From the NCBI GenBank assembly GCA_964291675.2, contig OZ219866.1, positions 2,208,001 through 2,272,000 of the forward strand: a stretch of DNA of 64,000 nucleotides, in the 5' to 3' direction. The stretch comes from Alphaproteobacteria bacterium (GTDB lineage Bacteria; Pseudomonadota; Alphaproteobacteria; MPNO01). The position numbers and the translations under genes were made by a program. Below are positions 37,667 to 47,718 of this stretch, in pieces. The stretch's first letter is position 1. Each line of letters opens with the position of its first letter. The notes under the pieces were generated by a model. It saw only the letters and a program-made list of their open reading frames with translations, made no database searches and had not been told where the DNA came from.

Positions 37667-38878
37667 ATGTCCAGGACTGCGATCGAATGGGCGAAGCGAC
37701 CCGGCCTGCCGGCCAGCCATTTCGTGGACAACGCGATCTTCACCAGCGAGGAGATCTTCCGGGAGGAGAAGGAGAAAATCTTCGACCGGGTGTGGAAATT
37801 CGTTTGCCACGACCAGGAACTGCCCGAGCCGTTCGACTATCGGACGACCACGCTGGCCGGCACGCCGCTGATCGTCTCCCGCGACGGCGACGGCCGGGTC
37901 CGCGGGTTCGTCAACGCCTGCTCCCACCGCGGCTCCCTGGTCCTGCGCCGGCCGCGCGGCAATGCGCGCCGCTGGGTTTGCCCGTTCCACCAATGGGTCT
38001 ATGACAGCGGCGGCAACTGCGTCGCCATCCCGCGCAACGAGGCCTACGAACACTGCGACGTCGCGACCGGGACGATGGGTCTCCGCGAGGTGCGGACCGA
38101 GGTCCGGCTGGGCCTGGTCTTCGTCAACCTCGACGACGATTGCGAGCCGCTCGACGATTTTCTCAGCGGCTGCCTGGTCTCGCTGGAGGAGTGCATGGGG
38201 ACGCGGACGCTGGAGCCGTTCCACTTCCACCGGGTCGTGCTGAACACCAACTGGAAGCTCTGGCAGCTCACCAATCTGGAACCCTATCACGAGGGCATGC
38301 ACATCTACAACGTGAAGACCAATATGAGCCAGCCGAACTACATGGAACGCCGCATCCGGCCGCGGCCGCGGGGGCATTCGTTCCTGGAATCGTTTGCGCC
38401 GGACTACAAGCTGTCGCGCGCGGGAAAAGCGGGCGAGAGCCGGGCGCGCGGGCCGTTCCCCGGGCTGGCGGCGGACGAATGGCGTCTGGTGAACATCTTT
38501 CCCGACGTGATGGTCAATGTGCGAACCACCGTGGCGCGGGTCGACTGCGTCATTCCCCTCGGCCCGACGCGCACCGTCGTCGAGTACCGCGCGCTCGGCA
38601 TCAAGGGGGAGTCGGCGGACGACCGCGAGATGCGCATGCGCCACCACAACGAGATCTGGGGGCCGTTCGGGCGCAACCTGCCGGAGGACAATGTCGCCTC
38701 CGAGATCCAGATGGCGACCATGCGCGACGGCAGCTCGGTCTTCAGCATCCACGCGCGCGAGGAGGACCAGCGCGGCCAGGATGACATTCCCTTGCGAAAC
38801 TATTTCGCCGAGTGGAGCCGCCGCTTGGGGCGCGACCCGTCCGACCCGTTCGCCGGCGGCCCCGCGGCGGTGCATTGA
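37667..38878 (+). CDS. Rieske non-heme iron oxygenase alpha subunit (MsmA-related), copy 2
   Basis: CSH-x17-CPFH; NWKLWQLTNLEPYHEGMH; WGPFGRNLPED; clear paralog of 17634-18845. Confidence 0.9.
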   Translation: MSRTAIEWAKRPGLPASHFVDNAIFTSEEIFREEKEKIFDRVWKFVCHDQELPEPFDYRTTTLAGTPLIVSRDGDGRVRGFVNACSHRGSLVLRRPRGNARRWVCPFHQWVYDSGGNCVAIPRNEAYEHCDVATGTMGLREVRTEVRLGLVFVNLDDDCEPLDDFLSGCLVSLEECMGTRTLEPFHFHRVVLNTNWKLWQLTNLEPYHEGMHIYNVKTNMSQPNYMERRIRPRPRGHSFLESFAPDYKLSRAGKAGESRARGPFPGLAADEWRLVNIFPDVMVNVRTTVARVDCVIPLGPTRTVVEYRALGIKGESADDREMRMRHHNEIWGPFGRNLPEDNVASEIQMATMRDGSSVFSIHAREEDQRGQDDIPLRNYFAEWSRRLGRDPSDPFAGGPAAVH

Positions 38879-38895
38879 GAGCGCGCCGGGCCCCG

Positions 38896-39360
38896 ATGGC
38901 GATCTCGGAAAGGGAAGTCGAGAACCTGATCCGCGCCGCGTGCCTGCGGATGAATGCCGACGACTACGCGGGCTGGCTCAACGATCTGTGCCTGCCGGCG
39001 TTCCGCTACAGCATCACCGCCCATAGCGAAGAGATCGGCCAGCGCATGACCTGGTTCGATCACCAGCGCGAACCCCTGCTCGAGCTGTGCCTGTCGGTCG
39101 GCGATCATTTCACCAATCTCGGCACATACCACCGGCATGCCAGCGTCTATCGCGTCGAGATCGACGGCGAGGCCGGAGAAGCCGAGGCGGTCTCCTCGGT
39201 GATCGTCATGCACACCACGCTCGAAGGCGAGTCGCGGTTCTACGCGACGGGCTATTACGAGGACCGGATCGACGTCTCGGGCGCGCGCCCGCTGTTCCGG
39301 CGGCGCAATGTCGCCCTGACGACGACATTGCTGGTGTCCGGCTCGCATCTCCCCCTCTAG
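38896..39360 (+). CDS. Rieske oxygenase beta subunit, copy 2
   Basis: FRYSITA.S.EI..RMTW.DH and LEGESRFYA.G shared with 18849-19313. Confidence 0.85.
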   Translation: MAISEREVENLIRAACLRMNADDYAGWLNDLCLPAFRYSITAHSEEIGQRMTWFDHQREPLLELCLSVGDHFTNLGTYHRHASVYRVEIDGEAGEAEAVSSVIVMHTTLEGESRFYATGYYEDRIDVSGARPLFRRRNVALTTTLLVSGSHLPL

Positions 39361-39435
39361 CCCGCCCGACAACCGACATTGACTCCACGCGCCGCGCCGT
39401 AACATCCTTGTGAACTTCCCACACAGGAGAGCGTT

Positions 39436-40470
39436 ATGACGAGAGCTCTCGCTATTCTCGCCGTTCTGGCAGCGCTGGCTGTCTTCGGTCCGGCCGACAC
39501 TGCGCGCGCCGCGGATTACACGATGCGGCTGCACCATCTCTCGCCCCCGGTCTCGGCCGCGAGCCGCCTGTTCTTCGCGCCGTGGGTCAAGCGGGTCAAC
39601 GAGCGTTCGGGCAAGCGGCTGCAGATCGACGTGTACCCGTCCATGCAGCTCGGCGGCCGGCCGCCGCAGCTGATCGACCAGGTCCGCGACGGCGTCGTCG
39701 ACATGGTGTGGACGCTGCCCGGCTACACGCCGGGACGCTTCCCGAGGCTCGAGGTGTTCCACCTGCCCTTCGTGCACACCACGACCCATGCCACCAACAT
39801 GGCGCTGCAGGACTTCCAGGAGATGCATCTCCAGGACGAATTCAAGGACTACAAGATCCTGCTGCTCCACGTGCATGCCGGCAACGTGTTCATCATGCGC
39901 AACAAGCCGCTGCGGCGGCTCGAGGATTTCAAGGGCCTCAAGATCCGCACGCCGCATCGCGGCGGTTCCTGGTTCATCGAGGCGATGGGCGCGACCGCGG
40001 TCGGGACGCCGATCGGAGAGGTCACGCCGCTGCTCTCCCGCGGCGTGATCGACGGGGCGCTGGTCCCCTACGAGATCATCTGGCCCTTCAAGATGCACGA
40101 GATGACCAAGTACTCGGTGGACATCCCGGGCAACGCGCGCGTGCAGACCGCGGTGTTCTTCCTCGGCATGCACAAGAAGAGCTACGAGAAGCTGCCGGCC
40201 GATCTGAAGAAGGTGATCGACGACACCACGGGCCGCGCGCTCGCCCCGATCGCCGCCGAGGTGTGGGACAAGGCGGAGCAGCCCGGCATCGATGCCGCCA
40301 AGAAGCGCGGCAACGAGTTCATATTCCTGTCCGACGCGGAGACCGACCGGATCCGCCAGGCATCGGAAGCCGCGATCGGCCGCTGGCTCGCCTTGGTCAA
40401 GGACCGCGGCATCGACGGCGAGAAGGTCCTGTCGGACGCGCGCGCGCTGCTCGCCAAGCACGCGAAGTAG
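39436..40470 (+). CDS. dctP: TRAP transporter substrate-binding protein
   Basis: Signal peptide; YPSMQLGG, QVRDGVVD, YTPGRFP, DFKGLKIR. Confidence 0.9.
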   Translation: MTRALAILAVLAALAVFGPADTARAADYTMRLHHLSPPVSAASRLFFAPWVKRVNERSGKRLQIDVYPSMQLGGRPPQLIDQVRDGVVDMVWTLPGYTPGRFPRLEVFHLPFVHTTTHATNMALQDFQEMHLQDEFKDYKILLLHVHAGNVFIMRNKPLRRLEDFKGLKIRTPHRGGSWFIEAMGATAVGTPIGEVTPLLSRGVIDGALVPYEIIWPFKMHEMTKYSVDIPGNARVQTAVFFLGMHKKSYEKLPADLKKVIDDTTGRALAPIAAEVWDKAEQPGIDAAKKRGNEFIFLSDAETDRIRQASEAAIGRWLALVKDRGIDGEKVLSDARALLAKHAK

Positions 40471-40481
40471 CCGCCCGCGCC

Positions 40482-41000
40482 GTGGACGAGCCCGGTTCGG
40501 GCGGGCCGTCGACCGACGGCCCGGTCGGCCGCTGCCTCTCGCTGTTGACCCGCGCCTTCGCGCTGGCCGGCGGGGCGATCCTGGTCGCGATGACCGTCAT
40601 GGAGACCGTGAGTATCTCGCTCCGCGCCGTGGTCGGCGCGCCGATCCCCGGCGACTTCGAGCTGATCAAGATGGGAACGGCGATCGCGGTGGTCGCCTTC
40701 CTGCCCTACTGCCAGCTGGTGAAGGGGAATTTCATCGTCGATTTCGTGCTCGCCAGGGCGCCGGACCGGGTGAGGGCGGCGATGGATGCGCTCGGCGGGC
40801 TGGCGCTGGGGTTCATCGCGGCGATATTGCTGTGGCGCATGACGCTCGGCGGCATCGATCTTCGGGCCAGCGCCGACAAGTCGATGGTCCTGAGCCTGCC
40901 CATCTGGTCGGCGTTCCCGCCGATTATCCTGTCGCTCGCATTGCTGGTCGTCGTCAGCCTCTATGTGTTCTGGCGCGACTTCAAGGCGGCGGTTCGGTGA
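40482..41000 (+). CDS. dctQ: TRAP transporter small permease
   Basis: PIPGDFEL, FLPYCQL..GN..VD; four TM segments. Confidence 0.85.
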   Translation: MDEPGSGGPSTDGPVGRCLSLLTRAFALAGGAILVAMTVMETVSISLRAVVGAPIPGDFELIKMGTAIAVVAFLPYCQLVKGNFIVDFVLARAPDRVRAAMDALGGLALGFIAAILLWRMTLGGIDLRASADKSMVLSLPIWSAFPPIILSLALLVVVSLYVFWRDFKAAVR

Positions 41001-42316
41001 GCGGCCCCGAGCTGGGGGCGGCGGGATTCCTCGTCCTGCTCGTCCTGCTGGCGCTGCGTATCCCGATCGCCGTCGGGCTGATGGTGGTGGGGCTCACCGG
41101 GTACTCGATCATCAACGGGGTCGGCCCGCTCCTCAACTATCTCAAGACCGCGCCGTTCTGGACCTATCACGTCTACGACCTGTCCGTGGTGCCGCTGTTC
41201 ATGCTGATGAGCCAGTTCGCGACCAAGGCCGGGCTCAACGCGGCCCTGTTCCGGGCGGCCAATCTGTGGCTCGGCCACCGGCGGGGCGGCGTCGCCATGG
41301 CCACGGTCGGCGCCTGCGCCGGCTTCGGCGCGATCTGCGGGTCGTCGATCGCAACCGCCGTCACCATGGCGCGGGTCGCGCTCCCCGAGCTCCGCCGCTA
41401 CCGCTATTCCGGAGCGCTGGCGACGGGGACATTGGCCGCCGGCGGTACGCTCGGGATCCTGATCCCGCCCTCCATCGTGCTCGTGCTGTATGCCATCATC
41501 ACCGAGGCCAATATCGTCACCCTGTTCCAGGCCGCGATGGTGCCGGGCATCCTGGCGGCGCTCGGCTATGTGATCGCGATCGGCATCTACGTGCGCTTGC
41601 GTCCCGATGCCGGTCCGGTCGGCGACCGCGCGAGCCGGCGGGAACAGTGGCGGGGCCTGTTCGATGTCTGGCCGGTGCTGCTGATATTCGTCCTGGTCAT
41701 CGGCGGCATCTATGTCGGCATATTCACCCCGACCGAGGGCGCCGCGGTGGGCGCGTTCGGCACCGGGCTGATCGCCTTCGCCAAGGCGCGCATGGGCCTG
41801 CACGATTTTCTCGACTGCCTGGTCGGCACCGCGATCCCCACCGCCGCGATCTTTATGGTCCTGCTGGGCTCGGAATTTTTCAACGCGTTTCTCGGTTTCA
41901 CCCGGATGCCCCTGATCCTGGCCGAGCTTATCGGCGAGAGCGGCCTCAGCCCCATGGCGGTGCTGGCGGTGGTGTTGATCTTCTTCATCGCGCTTGGCTG
42001 CATCATGGACAGCTTCGCGATGATCCTGCTCACCGTCCCCGTGCTGTGGCCGATCATCGCCGGGCTCGACTTCGGGCTCGACGGCGAGGAGACCAAGATC
42101 TGGTTCGGCATCATCGCCCTGATCGTGGTCGAGGTCGGCCTGATCACCCCGCCGGTCGGGCTCAACGTCTTCATCATCAACTCGTTCGCGAAAGACGTGC
42201 CGATGACCGAGACCTACAAGGGGGTGGTCCCCTTCCTGCTGTCGGATGCCGTGCGGGTCGCGCTGCTGGTGCTGTTCCCGGCGCTCACGCTGACCTTTCC
42301 GAGATTGATAGGCTGA
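40997..42316 (+). CDS. dctM: TRAP transporter large permease
   Basis: VPLFMLM, CGSSIAT, GGTLGILIPPS, FTPTEGAA, ITPPVGLNVF. Confidence 0.92.
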   Translation: MSGPELGAAGFLVLLVLLALRIPIAVGLMVVGLTGYSIINGVGPLLNYLKTAPFWTYHVYDLSVVPLFMLMSQFATKAGLNAALFRAANLWLGHRRGGVAMATVGACAGFGAICGSSIATAVTMARVALPELRRYRYSGALATGTLAAGGTLGILIPPSIVLVLYAIITEANIVTLFQAAMVPGILAALGYVIAIGIYVRLRPDAGPVGDRASRREQWRGLFDVWPVLLIFVLVIGGIYVGIFTPTEGAAVGAFGTGLIAFAKARMGLHDFLDCLVGTAIPTAAIFMVLLGSEFFNAFLGFTRMPLILAELIGESGLSPMAVLAVVLIFFIALGCIMDSFAMILLTVPVLWPIIAGLDFGLDGEETKIWFGIIALIVVEVGLITPPVGLNVFIINSFAKDVPMTETYKGVVPFLLSDAVRVALLVLFPALTLTFPRLIG

Positions 42317-42334
42317 GGCGCAGGCGGGCCCGGG

Positions 42335-42958
42335 TCAGCTACAGAAGGGCCAGATCTGATACCAGGAATCGCAGCGGAAGCGCCGCTCGCATTGCGCGAG
42401 CTGCGACCGGTAGCGGCTGGCGGTGTCCCGCACCCGCGCCGCGGTGCGCCGCACCCCCGGCTTCTTCTTCCAACTGCCGCGGCTGTAGCCGCCCCGCCCT
42501 TCGTGATAGGCGAGGTAGAGCCGGTACGCGTCGGTGCGGGGGATCTTCAACTGGCGCCAGGTCTTGTGGTTGTACCAGCCGATGAAGTCGAGCGCGTCCT
42601 CCATGTCCGACCGGCTCCTGAACAGCCGGCCCCGCTCGGCCTGGTACTCCGACCATACCGGGTCCTGGGCCTGGGCGTAGCCCTTGGCCGAGGATACGCG
42701 CCCCCAGGGGATGAACCACAACCACTTGCGCGGCGGACGGGCGTCGGACCGGTAGCTCGACTCGTGGCGCACGAAGGCCATCTGGACGTGCACCGGCGTC
42801 CCCCATTTCTTCGCCGAGCTCCGGGCGTAGTCGTACCAGTCGGGCTCTTGCTCGAAGACCGCGCACAGATCCGCCTGGCGCGTCGGCGGGGCGGAGGCGC
42901 ATCCCGCCACGAGCACCGCCGCGGCGAGGGCGATGCAGATCGCATTGACGGCTTTCAC
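42335..42958 (-). CDS. Lytic transglycosylase-like lipoprotein (SLT_3-type)
   Basis: Lipobox LVAGC; HESSY..DARPP, SSAKGYAQA, YLAYHEG.GGY. Confidence 0.8.
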   Translation of the reverse strand: MKAVNAICIALAAAVLVAGCASAPPTRQADLCAVFEQEPDWYDYARSSAKKWGTPVHVQMAFVRHESSYRSDARPPRKWLWFIPWGRVSSAKGYAQAQDPVWSEYQAERGRLFRSRSDMEDALDFIGWYNHKTWRQLKIPRTDAYRLYLAYHEGRGGYSRGSWKKKPGVRRTAARVRDTASRYRSQLAQCERRFRCDSWYQIWPFCS

Positions 42959-43210
42959 GGCAGCCGTTGTCCCGGATCCGGTTACAATCCGATTGTACCT
43001 CGCCCGAGGCGTCGCCGCGATGACCGAATGCGACTCAGGCGACGGATTTTCCGTCCGGCGCCGGGCAACCGGGCGGTCGGACTATGGGCGCACGGGGCTA
43101 TCTGCTATCCTCCCTCGATCATGGTCACGGCTCGAGCCCCCGTAGCGGGGGCGGCGGTCATGGCGCGCCAGGATCGCCGGGCCGGCAAGTCGGTGGGGTC
43201 AGGCGGCTGA

Positions 43211-44326
43211 ATGATCGAGAGCGGAACCAGCGTCGTCCGGTTCGACAGGGTTCAGAAGAGCTATGACGGCGAGACGCTGGTCATCAAGGATCTCAACCTG
43301 GAGATCGAGGCCGGCGAGTTCCTGACCATGCTGGGGCCGTCGGGCTCCGGCAAGACCACCTGCCTGATGATGCTTGCCGGCTTCGAGCCGGCGACGCACG
43401 GCGAGATCTATCTCAACGGCAGGCCGATCAACAACGTGGCCCCGCACCGGCGCGATATCGGCATGGTGTTCCAGAACTACGCCCTGTTCCCGCACATGAC
43501 GGTGTCGGAGAACCTGGCATTCCCCCTGCAGGTGCGCAGGCTGTCCAGGGCGGACATCCGGGCCAGGGTCGAGCGGGTGCTCGACATGGTGCGGCTGTCC
43601 GGGTTCGGCAACCGGCGCCCGGCCCAGCTCTCCGGCGGCCAGCAGCAGCGCGTGGCCGTGGCGCGGGCGCTGGTATTCGAGCCCGCGCTGATCCTCATGG
43701 ACGAGCCGCTCGGCGCGCTGGACAAGAACCTGCGCGAGGAAATGCAGTACGAGATCAAGCACATCCACGAGAATCTCGGCGTGACGGTGATCTACGTCAC
43801 CCACGACCAGACCGAGGCGCTCACCATGTCGAGCCGGATCGCGGTCTTCAACGACGGCGTCATCCAGCAGCTGGCGGCCCCGAGCGTCCTCTACGAGGAG
43901 CCCGAGAACTGCTTCGTCGCGCAGTTCATCGGCGAGAACAACCGCTTGCAAGGCACTGTCGAATCGGTACACGGGGAGTTCTGCCGGGTGGCGCTCGACG
44001 ACGGGGAAACGATCCGCGCGCTCAAGGTGAACGTGGACGGCGAGAGCGAGCCGACGACGCTCTCGCTCCGCCCCGAACGGATCGCCATCGACCCCAACGG
44101 GGAGGCGGCGGACAACCTCGTCAGCGGCCGCGTCGAGGAGCTGATCTATCTCGGCGACCACATCCGCGCCCGCCTCACCGTTGCCGGCAACGACGCGTTC
44201 ATCGTCAAGGTGCCCAACGCCCAGGGGCACGCGTCGCTGCGCGAAGGCGCGCGGGTTCGCCTCGGCTGGGCGGCGGAAGACTGCCGGGCGCTCGATGCGC
44301 CCGGAACCGGGTCCGCGCCCGGATAG
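43211..44326 (+). CDS. PotA-like ABC ATP-binding protein
   Basis: [36 protein letters not shown]; TOBE C-terminus. Confidence 0.93.
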   Translation: MIESGTSVVRFDRVQKSYDGETLVIKDLNLEIEAGEFLTMLGPSGSGKTTCLMMLAGFEPATHGEIYLNGRPINNVAPHRRDIGMVFQNYALFPHMTVSENLAFPLQVRRLSRADIRARVERVLDMVRLSGFGNRRPAQLSGGQQQRVAVARALVFEPALILMDEPLGALDKNLREEMQYEIKHIHENLGVTVIYVTHDQTEALTMSSRIAVFNDGVIQQLAAPSVLYEEPENCFVAQFIGENNRLQGTVESVHGEFCRVALDDGETIRALKVNVDGESEPTTLSLRPERIAIDPNGEAADNLVSGRVEELIYLGDHIRARLTVAGNDAFIVKVPNAQGHASLREGARVRLGWAAEDCRALDAPGTGSAPG

Positions 44327-44389
44327 CGCGGTATTTGCATTGGGACCGGACGGGCCGGTCCAACGGAGCGTTCAACGAGGAGATGCCCA

Positions 44390-45493
44390 ATGAAACATGC
44401 GTTCAAACCCCTGGCAACGGCGGCCGCCCTCGCGCTGGCGGCCGGCGGCGCGCACGCGCAAAACCTGACCATCGTGTCCTGGGGCGGCGCCTATACGGCG
44501 AGCCAGCAGAACGCCTACCACGACCCCTACATGGCCGCGAACCCGGGCGTGAAGATCATCAGCGACGATTCGGCCGCCGAGGGTCTTGCCAAGCTGAGGG
44601 CCCAGGTCGAGTCCGGCAAGGTGACCTGGGATATCGTCGACATGGTGGCCGCCGATGCGATCGTCGCCTGCGACGAGGGGCTGCTCGAGCCGGTCGAGCC
44701 GGATAGCTGGCTGGCCGCCGCGCCGGACGGCACGCCGGCGTCCAAGGACTTCATCGCCGGCACGCTCACCATCGGCGGAACCAACTGCTTCATCCCGCAG
44801 ATCGTCTATTCGACGACCTTCGGCTACCGCACCGACGCCTTCAAGGGCAGGCAGCCGTCGACCATCGCGGACGTGTTCGACATGAAAACCTTCCCCGGCA
44901 AGCGGGCGCTGGAGAAGAAGCCGATCGCGAACCTGGAATGGGCGCTGATCGCCGACGGCGTTCCGGGCAAGGACGTGTACAAGGTGCTGGCCACGCCGGA
45001 AGGCGTGACGCGGGCATTCGCCAAGCTCGACACCATCAAGGACCATGTCGTCTGGTGGACCAAGGGCGCGCAGCCGCCGCAGCTCCTGGCGGACGGCGAG
45101 GTCGTCATCGCCTCGGCCTATAACGGCCGCCTGTTCTCGGCGATCGTCGAGAAGAAGCAGCCGATCGCCATGCTGTGGGACTGGCAGGCGTTCGATCTGG
45201 ACGGATGGGTGGTCCCCAAGGGAGCCGAGCAGCTCCCGGCCATCAAGAAATACCTGCGCTTCGCCACCGATACGCAGCGGCTGGCCGACCAGGCGAAATA
45301 CATCTCCTACGGTCCGGCGCGCAACTCGTCGATCGCGCTGGTGGGCAAGCATGCCAAGCTCGGCATCGACATGAAGCCGCACATGCCGACCAACCCCAAG
45401 AACGCGAAGACCATCCTGATCTTCGACTATGTGTGGTGGGCGGACCATCGCGCGGAGCTTGACGAGCGCTTCAACGCCTGGCTCGCCAAGTAG
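44390..45493 (+). CDS. PotD/PotF-like ABC substrate-binding protein
   Basis: Signal peptide; SWGG.Y..SQ, FPGKR.L, AYNGR, ERFNAWL. Confidence 0.9.
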   Translation: MKHAFKPLATAAALALAAGGAHAQNLTIVSWGGAYTASQQNAYHDPYMAANPGVKIISDDSAAEGLAKLRAQVESGKVTWDIVDMVAADAIVACDEGLLEPVEPDSWLAAAPDGTPASKDFIAGTLTIGGTNCFIPQIVYSTTFGYRTDAFKGRQPSTIADVFDMKTFPGKRALEKKPIANLEWALIADGVPGKDVYKVLATPEGVTRAFAKLDTIKDHVVWWTKGAQPPQLLADGEVVIASAYNGRLFSAIVEKKQPIAMLWDWQAFDLDGWVVPKGAEQLPAIKKYLRFATDTQRLADQAKYISYGPARNSSIALVGKHAKLGIDMKPHMPTNPKNAKTILIFDYVWWADHRAELDERFNAWLAK

Positions 45494-45502
45494 AGCGTTT
45501 CC

Positions 45503-45538
45503 GGCCGGGCGGCAGGCTTCCGAGCCGCCCGCCCGGCC
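45503..45538 (+). other. Intra-operon stem-loop downstream of the substrate-binding gene
   Basis: ggccgggcgg (45503-45512) / ccgcccggcc (45529-45538). The position is typical of mRNA-stabilising hairpins in ABC operons. Confidence 0.5.
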
Positions 45539-45574
45539 ATTCTCTCCTCCCGGCCCGGCAAGCGGCGCGTCCGG

Positions 45575-46837
45575 ATGGCGACGACAACCGACGGGGCGAT
45601 GCGAACGGCCGACGGCCTGCCGCTGAAGGTCAGCCTTCAGAAGGCGCTGATGCGCAGCCGGCTCCGGGCGGCGTTGCTGGTCCTGCCCCTGCTGGGCTTT
45701 CTCCTGGTCGCGTTCCTGCTGCCCATCGGCGACATGCTGTTCCGCAGCGTCGACAACCGGATCGTCGGGTCGATCCTGCCGCGCACCGCGGTGGCCATCC
45801 AGAGCTGGGACGCCGAGGGAACGGAGCTCCCGGACGAAGCCGTCTTCGAAGCTCTGGTCCGCGACATGCAGGCGGCCGCCAAGGAACGGACGCTCGGCCG
45901 CGCGGCCCGCCGGCTGAACTACGAAAAGCCCGGCATGTCGAGCCTGTTCCGCAAATCGGGCAGGCGGGCGAAGCGGATAACCGGACCGTCCTGGCGGGAT
46001 TCATTGATCGCGGTCGACAAGCGCTGGGCGGACATCAACGTGTGGCGCCTGATCCACCGCGAGTCGGGTGCCCTGACGGGCGGCTACTTCCTCGCCGCCG
46101 TCGACATGAAGCTGGACAACCGGGGCGAGATCGTCAGGCAGTCGGAGGCGCGACGCATCTACCTCACGCTGTTCTGGCGCACGCTGTGGATGAGCGGGCT
46201 GATCACCGTGCTCTGCCTGCTGCTCGCCTACCCGGTTGCCTACCTCCTGGCCACGCTGCCGCTCCGGGTGAGCAATCTGTTGATGATCCTCGTCCTGCTG
46301 CCGTTCTGGACGTCGCTGCTGGTGCGGACCACGTCATGGATCGCGCTCTTGCAGACCGAGGGCGTGCTGAACGACCTGCTGGTCTTCACCGGGCTGATCT
46401 CGGAGGACGGGCGGCTGCAGATGATCCACAACAAGTTCGGCACCTTCGTGGCGATGGTTCACATCCTGCTGCCCTTCATGATCCTGCCCCTCTACTCGGT
46501 GATGAAGACGATTCCCCCGTCCCTGATGCGCGCCGCCCGCTCGCTCGGCGCGACGCCGTTCACCGCCTTCGTCCGGGTGTACATGCCGAACACGGTCTCC
46601 GGCGTCGGCGCCGGCTGCATCATGGTGTTCATCCTCTCCATCGGCTACTACATCACGCCGGCGCTGGTCGGCGGGCGCACCGGGACCTTCATCTCCAATT
46701 TCATCGCCATCCATGTGAGCGAGACCCTCAACTGGGGTCTCGCGGCCGCGCTCGGCGTCCTTCTGCTCGGCCTGGTGCTGGCGCTCTATCTGCTCTACGA
46801 CCGGATCGTGGGCATCGACAACATGAAGCTTGGCTGA
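45575..46837 (+). CDS. PotB-like ABC permease
   Basis: LLPFWTSLLVR, HILLPFMILP, AARSLGA (EAA loop), YITPALVGG. Confidence 0.92.
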   Translation: MATTTDGAMRTADGLPLKVSLQKALMRSRLRAALLVLPLLGFLLVAFLLPIGDMLFRSVDNRIVGSILPRTAVAIQSWDAEGTELPDEAVFEALVRDMQAAAKERTLGRAARRLNYEKPGMSSLFRKSGRRAKRITGPSWRDSLIAVDKRWADINVWRLIHRESGALTGGYFLAAVDMKLDNRGEIVRQSEARRIYLTLFWRTLWMSGLITVLCLLLAYPVAYLLATLPLRVSNLLMILVLLPFWTSLLVRTTSWIALLQTEGVLNDLLVFTGLISEDGRLQMIHNKFGTFVAMVHILLPFMILPLYSVMKTIPPSLMRAARSLGATPFTAFVRVYMPNTVSGVGAGCIMVFILSIGYYITPALVGGRTGTFISNFIAIHVSETLNWGLAAALGVLLLGLVLALYLLYDRIVGIDNMKLG

Positions 46838-47693
46838 GCCGATGCCTCCGCCGCCCTACGCCTCCCCGACGGAAAAGGCGTGGCATTACGCCTATCGGGT
46901 CGTCTGCGCGGCGATCTTCGTGTTCCTGATCGGGCCGATATTCGTGATCGTCCCGTTGAGCTTCAACGAGCTGCCCTATTTCACCTTCACCCCGGAGATG
47001 CTGTCCCTCGACCCGGCCGGCTACAGCACCAAGTGGTATGCCGAGTTCTTCGCCGAGGATTCATGGCAGCAGGCGGTGCAGAACAGCCTCGTCATCGCCG
47101 TCTTCGCGACGCTGATCTCGACCTTTCTCGGCACGCTGGCGGCGCTCGGGCTGAGCCGCTCCGAGATGCCCTTCAAGACCGGCATCATGGCGGTGCTGAT
47201 TTCGCCGATGATCGTACCGCTGATCATCTCGGCCACGGGCATGTACTTCTTCTACACCCGCATCGGGATCTCCTCGACGCATCTGGGCGTGATCGTCGCG
47301 CACGCCGCGCTCGGGACCCCGTTCGTGCTGATCACCGTCACCGCGACGCTGGTCGGGTTCGATCGGTCCCTGACCCGGGCCGCGGCCAGCCTCGGCGCCA
47401 GCCCGGTACAGACCTTCTTCAGGGTGACGATGCCGCTGATCCTGCCGGGCGTCGTATCCGGGGCGTTGTTTGCCTTCATCACCTCCTTCGACGAGGTGGT
47501 CGTGGTGCTGTTCGTCGGTTCGGTGGAACAGCGCACCATCCCGTGGAAGATGTTCTCGGGCATCCGGGAAGAGATCCGCCCGACCATTCTCGCCGTGGCG
47601 ACGCTGCTCGTCGGGGTCTCGATCCTGCTCCTGACGACGCTGGAGCTGCTGCGCCGGCGCGGCGAGCGGTTGCGCGGCATCGCGCCACGCTGA
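46830..47693 (+). CDS. PotC-like ABC permease
   Basis: LSFN, S.KWY, AAASLGA, AFITSFDE. Confidence 0.92.
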   Translation: MAEPMPPPPYASPTEKAWHYAYRVVCAAIFVFLIGPIFVIVPLSFNELPYFTFTPEMLSLDPAGYSTKWYAEFFAEDSWQQAVQNSLVIAVFATLISTFLGTLAALGLSRSEMPFKTGIMAVLISPMIVPLIISATGMYFFYTRIGISSTHLGVIVAHAALGTPFVLITVTATLVGFDRSLTRAAASLGASPVQTFFRVTMPLILPGVVSGALFAFITSFDEVVVVLFVGSVEQRTIPWKMFSGIREEIRPTILAVATLLVGVSILLLTTLELLRRRGERLRGIAPR

Positions 47694-47718
47694 GCGGCCC
47701 CGCGAAGGAGGCACGGCA

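Noticed and set aside
39379-39405. Sigma70 promoter TTGACT...TAACAT upstream of dctP
   Set aside because: The 15-bp spacing is suboptimal; not supportable from sequence alone.
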